A DNA stretch of 64,000 nt from an uncultured Candidatus Rokubacteria bacterium. GTDB lineage: Bacteria > Methylomirabilota > Methylomirabilia > Rokubacteriales > CSP1-6. Below, piece by piece: positions 20,748 to 34,201 of this stretch. The position numbers and the translations under genes were made by a program. The stretch is taken from assembly GCA_963758635.1 (NCBI GenBank), contig CAVWWD010000008.1, forward strand, positions 640,001 to 704,000, in the 5' to 3' direction. The notes below the pieces were generated by a model, which did no database searches, was not told where the DNA came from, and saw nothing but the letters and a program-made list of their open reading frames with translations. Position 1 is the stretch's first letter; every line of letters starts with the position of its first letter.

Positions 20748-21563
20748 ATGCCGTCCGCGCCGGTCCGGGTCCCTCGCTATCACCAGATCGCCCAGAGCCT
20801 GCGCGAGCGCATCCTCGACCGGAGGCTCGCCGCGGGGGAGCGGCTCGACAACCAGCGCCAGCTCGCGCGCGAGTTCGGCGTGACCCTGATGACGCTCCGG
20901 CAGGCGCTCGAGGTGCTGGAGCGTGATCGGCTCATCGCCCGGCGTCACGGCCTCGGCACCTTCGTCGCGTCCCCGTCGGTGGACTACGACATCCTCCAGT
21001 TCCAGCGCCTCGCCGCCGACCTCTCCGCGCACGGCGAGGCGGTGGGCACCCGGTTCCTCGGCAGCCGCTTCGCGCCCGCCGACCGCCACGCCGCGCAGGC
21101 GCTCGGGCTCAAGCCGCTCCACCGCGTGTTCGTGCTGGAGCGGCTCCGGATCGTCAACGGGCACCCGATGAGCTTCCAGGCCTCGTACCTGCCCGCGGCG
21201 ATCGGCCAGGAGATCGTGAAGGCCGACCTCGCGGTGACGCCGCTGCGCGAGGCGCTCGCCTTCAAGCTGGGGATCGAGGTGACGGCGGCGCGCGAGTCGG
21301 TGTCCGCGGTGACCCTGCCCGGGCGCGCCGCGCGGGAGCTGGGCTGCCGGCCGGGCACGGCGGCGTTCCGCTCCGATCGCGTGTCGACGTCCCGTGACGG
21401 CGCTCCCGTCGTGTACGACCGCGTGTTCATTCCGGGCGACCGGTTCCGCATCACCCGCGAGCTCCACTACGGATCAACGCCCGGCCGCGCCAACGGCGCG
21501 GCCCGGCCCCCGGCCCGCGAGACCGACGCGTCCACTACCTCCAGCGAGGCGACCCGAACATGA
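20748..21563 (+). CDS. GntR family regulator, HutC subfamily (UTRA domain)
   Basis: RYHQIAQSLRERI..LAREFGVTLMTLRQAL..GLGTFV plus a UTRA-like C-terminus. Confidence 0.92.
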   Translation: MPSAPVRVPRYHQIAQSLRERILDRRLAAGERLDNQRQLAREFGVTLMTLRQALEVLERDRLIARRHGLGTFVASPSVDYDILQFQRLAADLSAHGEAVGTRFLGSRFAPADRHAAQALGLKPLHRVFVLERLRIVNGHPMSFQASYLPAAIGQEIVKADLAVTPLREALAFKLGIEVTAARESVSAVTLPGRAARELGCRPGTAAFRSDRVSTSRDGAPVVYDRVFIPGDRFRITRELHYGSTPGRANGAARPPARETDASTTSSEATRT

Positions 21564-22340
21564 AGATCCTCGTGCTCATCAAGCAGGTTCCCGACACCGC
21601 CACCCAGGTCAAGATCGCGGGCGATCGCCGCTCGATCGAGACCACCGGCATCACGTGGATCGTCTCGCCGTACGACGAGTTCGCGGTGGAGGAGGCCCTC
21701 CGCATCAAGGAGAAGCGCGGCCAGGGTGAGGTCGTCGTGGTGTCGCTCGGTCCCGAGCGCGTGAAGGAGGCCCTCCGCTCCTGCCTCGCCATGGGCGCGG
21801 ACCGCGCCATCCACCTCCTGGACCCCGCGTGGGCCGAGGCCGACACCCTGACCACCTCGCGCGCGCTGGCCGCGGTGATCAAGCAGGAGGCGCCCGCGCT
21901 CGTGCTGAGCGGCCGCCAGGCCATCGACGACGACATGGGCGCGGTGGGCGCGCAGGTCGCGGAGCTGCTGGGCTGGCCGTGCGCGTCGTGGATCATGGAG
22001 GAGGCGGTCAACGACGGCGGCACGGCGATCAAGGTGGGCCGGCAGGTGGAGGGCGGCCTGGAGATCTTCGACCTGCCGCTGCCCGCGCTGGCATCCGCCC
22101 AGAAGGGCATGAACGAGCCGCGCTACCCCACGCTGAAGGGGATCATGGGCGCCAAGAAGAAGGAGATCAAGGAGCTCAAGGCCGGCGGACGTCGGCATGG
22201 CCGCCGAGGCCGCCGCGCTCTCCGTGGTCACGCTCGAGCCGCTGCCTCCGCGCCCGCCCGGGCGGATCATCACGGGCGATCCCGCGGAGTCCGCGCGCGA
22301 GCTGGTGCGCGCGCTCCGCGAGGACGCCAAGGCGATATGA
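21560..22340 (+). CDS. etfB: Electron transfer flavoprotein beta subunit (frameshift ~22185)
   Basis: MKILVLIKQVPDT, DEFAVEEAL, GRQAIDDD, NEPRYPTLKGIM. Confidence 0.95.
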
Positions 22341-22344
22341 GCCC

Positions 22345-22428
22345 CGGGGTCGTGAAGGAATGCGGATGTCGACTTCAGCGAGCGGGCTGACACCGCGATT
22401 CTGCGGACACGCGGCGTGCCGTCTCGCA
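22345..22428 (-). repeat. Dispersed repeat family C (MITE-like), copy 1
   Basis: Aligns with 32811-32900 (same orientation) and with the reverse complements of 28991-29186 and 30368-30461. Confidence 0.88.
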
Positions 22429-22483
22429 TGTCATCCAGGATCACGATGCGACGAACTCTCACACCCTCGAGGGGAGACGACTG

Positions 22484-23470
22484 ATGGCGGGCGCGTTCTG
22501 GTGCATCGTCGAGGACGACAGGCAGGGCAATCCGAAGAAGGTCACCGCCGAGGTGCTGGGCGAGGCGAGCCGTCTCGCCGCGCAGGCCGGCGGCCAGGCC
22601 GAGGCGGTCTGGCTCACCGACAAGGCGAGCGAGGAAGGCGTGAAGCAGCTCGGCGAGTGGGGCGCCAAGCGCGTCCTCCTGCTCGAGGGGCCGGCCTACG
22701 CGCCGTACCGCGGCGAGGTGTGGACGCCGGCCCTGGCCGAGCTCGCCGCGAAGGAGTCGCCGAAGGCGATCTTCGGCGCGGTCACCACGCGCCAGCGCGA
22801 GGCCCTGGCGCGGCTGGCCGCGCGCCTGGGCGCCGGGCTCTCGGCGGACTCCGTCGCGCTCGCCCTGGACGGCGACAAGCTCGTGGCCACGCGTCCGGTG
22901 TACGCCGGCAAGCTGCTCGCGAAGATGACCTGGACGAATACGCCGTGGCTCGCCACGCTCAGGCCGAACGTGTTCAAGCCGCTCGACGCGGCGGGCGGCG
23001 CGGCGCAGGTCGACCGGCCGAGCGTCGGGGCCGCGGCCGAGCAGATGAAGCTCGTGGAGCGCCGCGAGGAGGTGTCGACCGGGCTGCCCGAGCTGGCCGA
23101 GGCCGACATCGTGGTGTCCGGCGGGCGCGGCCTCAAGGGGCCGGAGAACTTCTCGTACATGGAGAGCCTCGCCAAGGTCCTGGGCGCCGCCGTGGGCGCC
23201 TCCCGCGCCGCGGTGGACGCGGGCTGGCGGCCGCACCGCTTCCAGATCGGCCAGACCGGGCGGACCATCTCGCCGAAGCTCTACCTGGGCTTCGGCATCT
23301 CCGGCGCCATCCAGCACCTGGCGGGCATGCGGACGTCCAAGGTGATCTGCGCGATCAACAAGGACCCCGAGGCGCCGATCTTCAAGATCGCGGACTACGG
23401 GATCGTCGGCGACCTCTTCGAGGTGGCTCCGGCCCTCGAGGCCGAGTTCAAGAAGCTCCTGGAGAAGTAA
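22484..23470 (+). CDS. etfA: Electron transfer flavoprotein alpha subunit
   Basis: [40 protein letters not shown]. Confidence 0.97.
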   Translation: MAGAFWCIVEDDRQGNPKKVTAEVLGEASRLAAQAGGQAEAVWLTDKASEEGVKQLGEWGAKRVLLLEGPAYAPYRGEVWTPALAELAAKESPKAIFGAVTTRQREALARLAARLGAGLSADSVALALDGDKLVATRPVYAGKLLAKMTWTNTPWLATLRPNVFKPLDAAGGAAQVDRPSVGAAAEQMKLVERREEVSTGLPELAEADIVVSGGRGLKGPENFSYMESLAKVLGAAVGASRAAVDAGWRPHRFQIGQTGRTISPKLYLGFGISGAIQHLAGMRTSKVICAINKDPEAPIFKIADYGIVGDLFEVAPALEAEFKKLLEK

Positions 23471-23492
23471 TGAGATGAAGGGGAACGACCGA

Positions 23493-23632
23493 ACCGCCAC
23501 GCTTGCCGGCAACGGCATGCCCGTGGCGGTGGGGGGGCGTGGGGATGGCTTGGCGAGGCGCAGCCGCTGGCGAGCCGAGCGTACCAGCGATCACTCCGAC
23601 CGGAAGGGAGGAGCGGCGCCGCTCCCCCCACA
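23493..23632 (+). repeat. Structured intergenic element containing family-B modules
   Basis: Hairpin ACCGCCACG/CGTGGCGGT; GGCGAGGCGCAGC and GCGAGCCGAGCGTA modules; bracketed by GTGGGGGG...CCCCCCAC. Confidence 0.55.
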
Positions 23633-23634
23633 CT

Positions 23635-26455
<2,821 letters not shown>

Positions 26456-26515
26456 CATGCTCGATCAGCCGCGTCCCTGCTGCGGGCGCGGGACGAGACA
26501 GGGAGAGAGACAACG

Positions 26516-27589
26516 ATGGACACGATGAACCCGATCCGGATCACCAGGGCCACGACGCTCAAGAAGAAGCCGAAGGACGGCGAGCTCGGGTTCGGCCAGA
26601 TCTTCACCGACCACATGTTCCTGGCCGACTTCCAGGAGGAGAAGGGCTGGTACGACCCGCGGGTCGAGCCCTACGGCCCCATCCCCATGGACCCCGCCGC
26701 CGCCGTCCTCCACTACGCCCAGGCCGTGTTCGACGGGCTCAAGGCCTTCCGCGGCGTGGACGGCAAGGTGCGGCTCTTCCGGCCGGACAAGCACGTGGAG
26801 CGCATGAACAACTCGGCCCGGCGCCTGTGCATTCCGCCGCTGGACCCCGAGATGGCGCTGGCCTCGATCGTGGCGCTGGTGGGCCTCGACCGCGACTGGG
26901 TGCCGCGCACGGTGGGCACGTCGCTCTACGTCCGGCCCACCGTGATCGCCAACGAGGCCTTCCTGGGCGTGCGGCCGGCCCGGTCGTACATCTACTACGT
27001 GATCCTCTCCCCGGTGGGCGCCTACTATCCGGAGGGCATGGCGCCGGTGAAGATCCGCGTGGAGGAGAAGTACGTGCGCGCGGTCGAGGGCGGCCTCGGC
27101 GCGGCGAAGACGGGGGCCAACTACGCAGCGAGCCTCATGGCCGGCGAGGAGGCCAAGCACAGCGGCTACACCCAGGTGCTCTACCTCGACGGCGTGCACC
27201 GGCGCTACCTCGACGAGGTCGGCACGATGAACATGATGGTGAAGATCGGCGACGAGGTGATCACGCCGCCGCTGTCGGGGACGATCCTCGCCGGCGTCAC
27301 GCGCGACTCGGTGCTCACCCTGCTCCGCGACTGGGGCATCCGGGCGACGGAGCGCCCGATCGGGATCGACGAGGTGGTGGCCGCCCACAAGGGCGGGACG
27401 CTGGCCGAGGCGTGGGGCACGGGCACGGCCGCCGTCATCTCGCCGGTGGGCGAGCTGGCCTACCGCGGCGAGAAGATGGTGATCGGCGGCGGCCAGATCG
27501 GGCCGCTCACCCAGCGCCTGTACGACGCCATCGTGGGCATCCAGTACGGGAAAACGCCCGACCCGCACAACTGGACCGTGGAGGTGTAA
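26516..27589 (+). CDS. ilvE: Branched-chain amino acid aminotransferase
   Basis: GFGQIFTDHM, LHYAQ, AKTGANY, EVGTMN, ILAGVTR, GTAAVISP. Confidence 0.96.
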   Translation: MDTMNPIRITRATTLKKKPKDGELGFGQIFTDHMFLADFQEEKGWYDPRVEPYGPIPMDPAAAVLHYAQAVFDGLKAFRGVDGKVRLFRPDKHVERMNNSARRLCIPPLDPEMALASIVALVGLDRDWVPRTVGTSLYVRPTVIANEAFLGVRPARSYIYYVILSPVGAYYPEGMAPVKIRVEEKYVRAVEGGLGAAKTGANYAASLMAGEEAKHSGYTQVLYLDGVHRRYLDEVGTMNMMVKIGDEVITPPLSGTILAGVTRDSVLTLLRDWGIRATERPIGIDEVVAAHKGGTLAEAWGTGTAAVISPVGELAYRGEKMVIGGGQIGPLTQRLYDAIVGIQYGKTPDPHNWTVEV

Positions 27590-27664
27590 TGATCCTCGCA
27601 GAATGCGGTAACCGCCACGGGCCACTACAGTCCCACCGCTCGGCATTGTCTGATGCGCGGGGCT
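27588..27664 (-). repeat. Dispersed repeat family A, copy 2
   Basis: Reverse complement of 10027-10102; abuts the ilvE stop. Confidence 0.9.
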
Positions 27665-27684
27665 GACGAGCGAGGAGGAGCGGC

Positions 27685-28095
27685 ATGGACTGCGTCTTCT
27701 GCAAGATCCGGGACGGCCAGATCCCGTCCTTCAAGATCCACGAGGACGAGCGCACCCTCACGTTCATGGACATCAACCCGCTGAACTCCGGGCACTGCCT
27801 GGTCGCCACCAAGGCGCACGCCGCGACCATCTTCGAGGCCGACGTCGAGGACCTGCAGGCGTGCATCGCCACCGCCAAGAAGGTGGCGGCGGTGATCCAG
27901 CACGGGCTCAAGCCCGACGGGTTGAACCTGCTCCAGGCCAACGGCGCCGCCGCGTTCCAGTCCGTGCCGCACTTCCACCTGCATCTGATCCCGCGGTGGA
28001 ACGGCGACGGCAAGGGGTTCGACTGGAAGCAGGTGCCGGGCAACCGGGATCAGATCATGAAGACGGGCGAGCGGCTCCGGAACCTGCTGAAATAG
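27685..28095 (+). CDS. HIT family protein
   Basis: [27 protein letters not shown]. Confidence 0.95.
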   Translation: MDCVFCKIRDGQIPSFKIHEDERTLTFMDINPLNSGHCLVATKAHAATIFEADVEDLQACIATAKKVAAVIQHGLKPDGLNLLQANGAAAFQSVPHFHLHLIPRWNGDGKGFDWKQVPGNRDQIMKTGERLRNLLK

Positions 28096-28265
28096 ACCGC
28101 CCGGCCGTTGGAGCGGGCCGGCTGCGCCGGCCGCTCAACGGCCTTGCTGGTGGGCGGATGGGGCGTCTCGTCGTGCGGGGGTGGCCCCGTTGCTCGACTG
28201 GCGTGGGGAGTGGGGAATGGCGAGGAGGGGTGTGCGTGGCTGATGAGTCGCCGGATGCCCAGGGC

Positions 28266-28685
28266 ATGAGCGCCGGAGCGGAGTCGCTTCGGAAGATTCG
28301 CGTCGTGGTGGCCAAGCCCGGCCTCGACGGGCACGACCGGGGCGCCAAGATCGTGGCGCGCGCGCTCCGGGACGCCGGCTTCGAGGTGATCTACACGGGG
28401 CTGCACCAGACGCCCGAGCAGATCGTGGCCATCGCCATCCAGGAGGACGTGGACGCCATCGGGCTCAGCGTGCTCTCGGGCGCGCACAACTTCCTGTTCG
28501 CGCGCGTGCTCGAGCTGCTGCGGGACAAGGGCGCCTCGGACATCGCGGTCTTCGGCGGGGGCATCATCCCGCAGGACGATATCGCGTCGCTCAAGGCCCT
28601 GGGGGTGAAGGAGCTGTTCACGCCGGGCACGTCCACGCAGGAGATCGTCCGCTTCGTCAGGGAGAACATCCGCGCCGCCGTCTGA
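28266..28685 (+). CDS. Acyl-CoA mutase small, cobalamin-binding subunit
   Basis: [25 protein letters not shown]. Confidence 0.95.
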   Translation: MSAGAESLRKIRVVVAKPGLDGHDRGAKIVARALRDAGFEVIYTGLHQTPEQIVAIAIQEDVDAIGLSVLSGAHNFLFARVLELLRDKGASDIAVFGGGIIPQDDIASLKALGVKELFTPGTSTQEIVRFVRENIRAAV

Positions 28686-28756
28686 CCGCGGGCCGGTCGG
28701 CGACGCCGGCGCGGGGAAACGGGGACCCATCATGGCAGAGCGCAACACCCGAGGAG

Positions 28757-28990
28757 ATGGCGGCGGAGCTCGCGCGCCTCACGGCGGAGAACGCGGCCCT
28801 GAAGGCGCGGGGCAGCCGCGGCGTGTCCCTCCGCGTGAGCGAGAAGGGCGGCGTGTCCGTCTACGGCCTGGGCCGCTTCCCCGTCACCCTCTACAAGGAG
28901 CAGTGGCTCAAGCTCCTCGACATGGCGGAGGACATCCGCGGCTTCATCCGCGAGCACGACGCCGAGCTCAAGGCCAAGGAGCCCCGCTGA
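28757..28990 (+). CDS. Small hypothetical protein (coiled coil plus VSEKGGVSVYGLGRFPVTLY)
   Basis: Typical codon usage; true start may be 28732 via a frameshift. Confidence 0.7.
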   Translation: MAAELARLTAENAALKARGSRGVSLRVSEKGGVSVYGLGRFPVTLYKEQWLKLLDMAEDIRGFIREHDAELKAKEPR

Positions 28991-29186
28991 GGGGTTGTGA
29001 GCGAATGGCGAGACTGCACTGCGTGTGTACGCGGAGCCGCGGTGTTGCCCCGCATGGCGAAGTCGAAGGCTGCGCTCCGTCGAAAGTGAGGCTATGAGTT
29101 TGAAGGGCGAGGCGGCCACGCGTGTGTACGCAGAACCGCGGTGTTGACACGCTCGGCGAAGTCGAAATCCGCATGTCTTCACAACT
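28991..29186 (+). repeat. Repeat family C, two tandem copies bounded by inverted GTTGTGA...TCACAAC
   Basis: GGCGAG..GCGTGTGTACGC..CCGCGGTGTTG..GGCGAAGTCGAA occurs twice about 100 bp apart. Confidence 0.9.
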
Positions 29187-29192
29187 GATGCC

Positions 29193-30338
29193 ATGAACTT
29201 CGAGCTGACGCCCGAGCAGCGGAGCGTGCGGGCGCTGGCCCGGGAGTTCGCCGAGCGCGAGGTGGCGCCGGTGATCCGGCGCTACGACGAGGCCCACGAG
29301 TTCCCCCACGAGATCCTCGCCCGGCTCGCCGGCACCGGCCTCCTCGGCGCCCTCGTGCCCGAGGAGTACGGCGGCGCCCACCTCGACTACGTGTCCTACG
29401 CGCTCGCCGTCGAGGAGCTGAACCGCGTGGACGGCTCGGTGGGCATCACCATGTGGGCCCACAACTCGCTCTGCACCAACCACATCGCCATGTTCGGCTC
29501 GCCCGAGCAGAAGCAGGCGTACCTGCCGCGCCTCGCCCGCGGCGAGACGCTCGGGGCGTGGGGGCTCACCGAGCCGGGCTCGGGCTCGGACGCGGCGGCG
29601 ATGACGTCGCGGGCCGTGGCCCAGGGCGACCACTTCGTGCTGAACGGCACCAAGGCGTTCATCACCAACGCCGGCGTGGGCGGGGTCGCCGTGGTCATGG
29701 CCGTCACCGACCCCGCGCGCGGGCCGCGCGGCATCTCGGCCTTCATCCTGGACAAGGGCATGCCGGGCTTCAGCGCGGGCACGCCCTACCGGAAGCTCGG
29801 CCTGCACGCCTCGAACACCGCCGAGCTCGTCTTCGACGGCGTCCAGGTGCCGGCGAGCCGGCTCTGCGGGGGCCTCAACGAGGGGTTCGTGCAGAGCATG
29901 CAGGTGCTGGAGGGCGGGCGCATCGCCATGGCCGCGATGGGCGTGGGCCTCGCCCAGGGCGCGCTGGACCAGGCGCTCGCCTACATGAAGCAGCGGAGCG
30001 CGTTCGGTCGCCCCCTGGCCGACTTCAACGGGCTCCAGGGCATGATCGCGGAGATCGGCACCGAGGTGGAGGCGGCGCGGCTCCTCACGCTGCGCGCGGC
30101 CGCGCTCAAGGACGCCGGCCGTCCCGTGCGCCTGGCCGCGTCGATGGCCAAGGTGTTCGCCTCCGAGGTGGCCATGAAGGCGGCGACGAAGTCGCTCCAG
30201 ATCCACGGCGGCGCCGGCTACATCACCGAGTTCCCCATCGAGCGCATCTTCCGCGACGCCAAGCTCACCGAGATCGGCGAGGGCACCTCGGAGATCCAGC
30301 GCATGGTCATCGCGCGCGAGATCCTCCAGCTCCGCTGA
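29193..30338 (+). CDS. Acyl-CoA dehydrogenase
   Basis: WGLTEPGSGSD, NGTKAFITN, RDAKLTEIGEGTSEIQ. Confidence 0.96.
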   Translation: MNFELTPEQRSVRALAREFAEREVAPVIRRYDEAHEFPHEILARLAGTGLLGALVPEEYGGAHLDYVSYALAVEELNRVDGSVGITMWAHNSLCTNHIAMFGSPEQKQAYLPRLARGETLGAWGLTEPGSGSDAAAMTSRAVAQGDHFVLNGTKAFITNAGVGGVAVVMAVTDPARGPRGISAFILDKGMPGFSAGTPYRKLGLHASNTAELVFDGVQVPASRLCGGLNEGFVQSMQVLEGGRIAMAAMGVGLAQGALDQALAYMKQRSAFGRPLADFNGLQGMIAEIGTEVEAARLLTLRAAALKDAGRPVRLAASMAKVFASEVAMKAATKSLQIHGGAGYITEFPIERIFRDAKLTEIGEGTSEIQRMVIAREILQLR

Positions 30339-30367
30339 TCGCACCCCCGCGAAGGCGATCCCGAGAA

Positions 30368-30461
30368 GGGATTAATGAATGGCGAGACGGCACTCCGCGT
30401 GTACGCAGAACCGCGATGTTGGCCCGCTCGCCGACGTCAGATCCTCATTCCTTCACAACCC
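30368..30461 (+). repeat. Repeat family C, copy 4
   Basis: GAATGGCGAGACGGCAC..GTGTACGCAGAACCGCG..CCCGCTCGCCGA..CATTCCTTCACAACC. Confidence 0.88.
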
Positions 30462-30477
30462 GGACGGGCAGGCACCC

Positions 30478-31291
30478 ATGAGCGAGCCGAGCGTCCTCTA
30501 CCAGGTGGCGGAGGGGGTGGCGACCCTCACGCTGAACCGGCCGCACGTGCTGAACGCGCTCGACGTCGCGCTCGCCGCCCAGCTCGCGGAGGCGGCGGAG
30601 GCGGCGGCCGCCGACCCGGGGGTGTGGGTCGTGGTGGTCCGCGGGGCGGGCCGCGCCTTCTCCTCGGGCATGGACCGGAAAGCCCTGGCCGCGGGGAGGA
30701 TCGACGAGCCGTTCTACCGGCACTGGATCCGCGCGCTGAACACGCTCGAGGACATGGGCAAGCTGTCGGTCGCCGTGCTCCACGGCTATTCCATCGGCGG
30801 CGGCCTCCAGCTCGCGGTGGCCTGCGACGTCCGGATCGCCACGACCGACGCCGTGATCGGGCTGGGCGCCACGCGGCACGCCTTGATCCCCGACGGCTCC
30901 ATCCTCCGCCTGGCCCGCATCGTCGGCCTCGGGCGCGCCAAGGAGCTGACGCTCCTGAACGACCACATCACGGCCGCGGAGGCCCGGGCCATGGGCCTCG
31001 TGAACTGGGTCGCCGCGCCCGACGCGGTCGACACCGTCCTCGCCGGCGTGGTCGACAAGGCCTGCCACGCGTCCCGGACGGCCACCGCCCACGCCAAGCG
31101 GCTCCTCCACGCCTCGTTCCACACCGATCCCCGGGACCTGATCGAGGACGTCATGCGGGCGCAGGACGAGTGCATGCGCTCCGACGAGATGGCGGTGGCC
31201 AACCGCGCGTGGGTCGAGCGTCGCGAGGCGCGGTTCTACCCGCCGCCCATCGTGCCGGATCGACCGCGCTGGCCGCCGACGCCATGTGTAA
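30478..31291 (+). CDS. Crotonase-fold protein lacking the canonical catalytic glutamates
   Basis: TLNRPHVLNAL, AFSSGMD, GGGLQLAVACD; 3' end uncertain because of read-through or frameshift. Confidence 0.85.
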
Positions 31292-31303
31292 GATCGACCG
31301 CTG

Positions 31304-32060
31304 ATGACCGCCGACACCATCCTCGAGACCCACGAGCTCACCAAGGAGTTCCGGGGCTTCGTCGCCGTGAAGGACGTGAGCCTCCGCGTGCAGCGGGGCA
31401 CCATCCACGCGCTGATCGGGCCGAACGGGGCGGGGAAGACCACCTGCTTCAACCTGCTCACGCACTTCCTGGCGCCGACGCGCGGCCGCATCACCTTCAA
31501 CGGGCGCGACATCACGGGGTCGCGCCCGGCGGACATCGCGCGCCTCGGCCTGGTGCGCTCGTTCCAGATCTCCGCGGTGTTCCCGCATCTGAGCGTGCTC
31601 GCCAACGTCCGCGTGGCGCTCCAGCGCGGGCGCGGGCGGTCGTTCGACTTCTGGCGCTCCGAGCGGGTGCTCGGCGCGCTTCGACGCGCGCGCCCTCGAG
31701 CTGCTGGAGGCGGTGGGCCTCGCCGGCATGGCCGCCGTCCCCGCGGTGGAGCTGCCCTACGGGCGGAAGCGCGCGCTCGAGATCGCCACCACCCTCGCGC
31801 TCGACCCCGAGATGATGCTGCTCGACGAGCCCACCGCGGGCATGAGCCACGAGGACGTGGACCGGATCTCCGCCCTCATCAAGCGCGTGGCCGCCAACCG
31901 GACGGTGCTGATGGTCGAGCACAACCTGAGCGTGGTCGAGCACCTCTCGGACCGCATCACCGTGCTCGCGCGGGGCGAGATCCTCGCCGAGGGCGACTAC
32001 GCCACGGTGTCGCAGAACGCCGAGGTCCGCGACGCGTACATGGGCGCCGGGCATGCCTGA
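31304..32060 (+). CDS. LivG-like ABC ATPase (frameshift ~31680)
   Basis: GPNGAGKTT, RSFQ, LDEPTAGM. Confidence 0.92.
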
Positions 32061-32799
32061 GGCGGCGGCCGTCGCGTCCCGGCCCGCCGCCGCGCCGGGG
32101 GCGCCGCCCCTCGCGGTGTCCGGCCTCGAGGCCTGGTACGGCGAGTCCCACGTGCTCCACGGGATGACGTTCGACGTGAAGCCCGGGGAGGTGGTCACCC
32201 TCCTCGGCCGGAACGGCGCGGGCAAGACGACGACGCTCAAGGCCATCATGGGCATCGTGGCCGAGCGGCGGGGCTCGGTGCGGTTCGGCGATCAGGAGCT
32301 GATCCGCCGGCCGTCCAACGCCATCGCCCGCCTCGGCATCGCGTTCTGTCCGGAGGAGCGCGGGATCTTCGCGAGCCTCACCGTGGACGAGAACCTGATG
32401 CTGCCGCCGGAGGTCCGCCCGGGCGGACTGTCGCGCGACGCCATCTTCGCGCTGTTCCCGAACCTCCGCGAGCGCCTCCGCAGCCAGGGCACCAAGCTGT
32501 CGGGGGGCGAGCAGCAGATGCTCGCCATCGCGCGCATCCTGCGCACGGGGGCCCGGCTGCTCCTGCTCGACGAGCCCACCGAGGGGCTGGCCCCCGTGAT
32601 CGTGCAGCAGATCGGCGCGACGATCCGGCGCCTCAAGGCCGAGGGTTTCACCGTGCTGCTCGTCGAGCAGAACTTCCACTTCGCGGCCACCGTGGCCGAT
32701 CGCCACTACGTGGTGGAGCGGGGCCGCGTCGTGGACACGATCGACAACGCCGCGCTCCCGTCCCGCATGGACGCCTTGCACGACTACCTCGGGGTGTGA
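32053..32799 (+). CDS. LivF-like ABC ATPase
   Basis: GRNGAGKTT, LSGGEQQM, LDEPTEGLAP. Confidence 0.94.
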   Translation: MPEAAAVASRPAAAPGAPPLAVSGLEAWYGESHVLHGMTFDVKPGEVVTLLGRNGAGKTTTLKAIMGIVAERRGSVRFGDQELIRRPSNAIARLGIAFCPEERGIFASLTVDENLMLPPEVRPGGLSRDAIFALFPNLRERLRSQGTKLSGGEQQMLAIARILRTGARLLLLDEPTEGLAPVIVQQIGATIRRLKAEGFTVLLVEQNFHFAATVADRHYVVERGRVVDTIDNAALPSRMDALHDYLGV

Positions 32800-32810
32800 C
32801 CCGAGTCTCC

Positions 32811-32900
32811 CGGACGTGACAGAATGCGCATTCGGCTTCAGCGAGCGGGTTACACCGCGATTCTGCGGACACCAGTCGTGCCGTCTCGCCACCCAGTAAC
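32811..32900 (-). repeat. Repeat family C, copy 5
   Basis: GAATGCG..CTTCAGCGAGCGGG..ACACCGCGATTCTGCGGACAC..GTGCCGTCTCGC, as at 22345. Confidence 0.88.
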
Positions 32901-32936
32901 GATCTCTCTCCGGAACCGACGAAAAGGAGCCGACCC

Positions 32937-34146
32937 ATGAGCAGGATCCTCGCCTTGACCCTTGCCGCGCTACTGGCGCTCACCGGCGCCGCCGCGGCCC
33001 AGATCTCCGACGGCGTGATCAAGATCGGCGTGCTCAACGACCAGTCGAGCCTGTACGCGGACCTCACGGGCCAGGGCTCGGTGGTGGCCGCCCGCATGGC
33101 CGTCGAGGACTTCGGGGCCGCGGCCAAGGGCCTCAAGGTCGAGATCATCTTCGCCGACCATCAGAACAAGGCCGACGTGGGCGCGCAGATCGCCCGGCAG
33201 TGGTACGACGCGGAGAAGGTGGACGTGATCGTGGACGTGCCGAACTCCGCGGTGGCGCTGCGCCGTGAACCAGATCACCCGGGACAAGGGCAAGGCGTTC
33301 ATCGTGTCCGGCGCGGCCTCGTCGGACCTCACCGGCAAGGCGTGCTCGCCCAACACCGTCCACTGGACCTACGACACGTGGGCCCTCGCCAACGGGACGG
33401 CCAACGCCATCGTGAAGACGGGCGGTGACTCCTGGTTCTTCATCACCGCCGACTACGCGTTCGGCCACGCCCTCGAGCGCGACGTGGAGGCGGTGGTGCT
33501 CAAGAACGGGGGCAAGGTGCTCGGCAAGGTCCGCCACCCGCTGAACACGCAGGACTTCTCCTCGTTCCTCCTCCAGGCCCAGGCCTCCAAGGCCAAGATC
33601 ATCGGGCTCGCCAACGCCGGCGGCGACACCACGAACTCGATCAAGCAGGGCGCGGAGTTCGGGATCGCGCGGGGCGGCCAGAACTTCGCCGGGCTCCTGG
33701 TGTTCATCACCGACGTCCACGGCCTCGGCCTGGACAAGGCCCAGGGGCTCATCTTCACGGAGTCGTTCTACTGGGACGCCAACGAGCGCACGCGGGCTTT
33801 CGCCAAGCGCTTCGCGGAGCGGAACCGCAACATCCATCCCACGATGATCCACGCCGGGGTGTACGCGGGCACGCTCCACTACCTGAAGGCGGTGGAGGCG
33901 CTGAAGTCGGACGACGGGGGCAAGATCATCGCGAAGATGAAGGAGACGCCCACCGACGACCCGCTCTTCGGGAAGGGGACCATCCGGCCCGACGGCCGGA
34001 AGGTCCACGACATGTTCCTGTTCGAGGTGAAGAAGCCGGCCGAGTCGAAGGGCGCGTGGGACTACTACAAGCAGCGCTCGGTGATCCCGGCCGCGCAGGC
34101 GTTCCGCCCGCTCGACCAGGGCGAGTGCCCGCTCGTGAAGAAGTGA
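32937..34146 (+). CDS. Liv-type ABC substrate-binding protein (frameshift ~33262)
   Basis: Signal peptide; KIGVLNDQS, ADHQNKAD, TADYAFG, C-terminal CPLV. Confidence 0.92.
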
Positions 34147-34149
34147 TCG

Positions 34150-34193
34150 GAGGGGCCGGCCCGGCGGCACGCGGCGCCGCCCGGGCCGGCCTC
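34150..34193 (+). terminator. GC hairpin after the SBP gene (terminator or RNA-stabilising stem)
   Basis: GGCCGGCCCGG...CCGGGCCGGCC inverted repeat; no U-tract. Confidence 0.4.
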
Positions 34194-34201
34194 GTCACGC
34201 C

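Noticed and set aside
11735..22340. Programmed frameshifting or pseudogenes in apt, trpD, etfB, hbd
   Set aside because: No slippery-site pattern, and too many unrelated genes are affected. Sequencing error is more parsimonious.
28100..28260. Cobalamin riboswitch before the mutase small subunit
   Set aside because: Only a GC hairpin and a G-rich tract; the conserved B12-box and core motifs were not recognisable.
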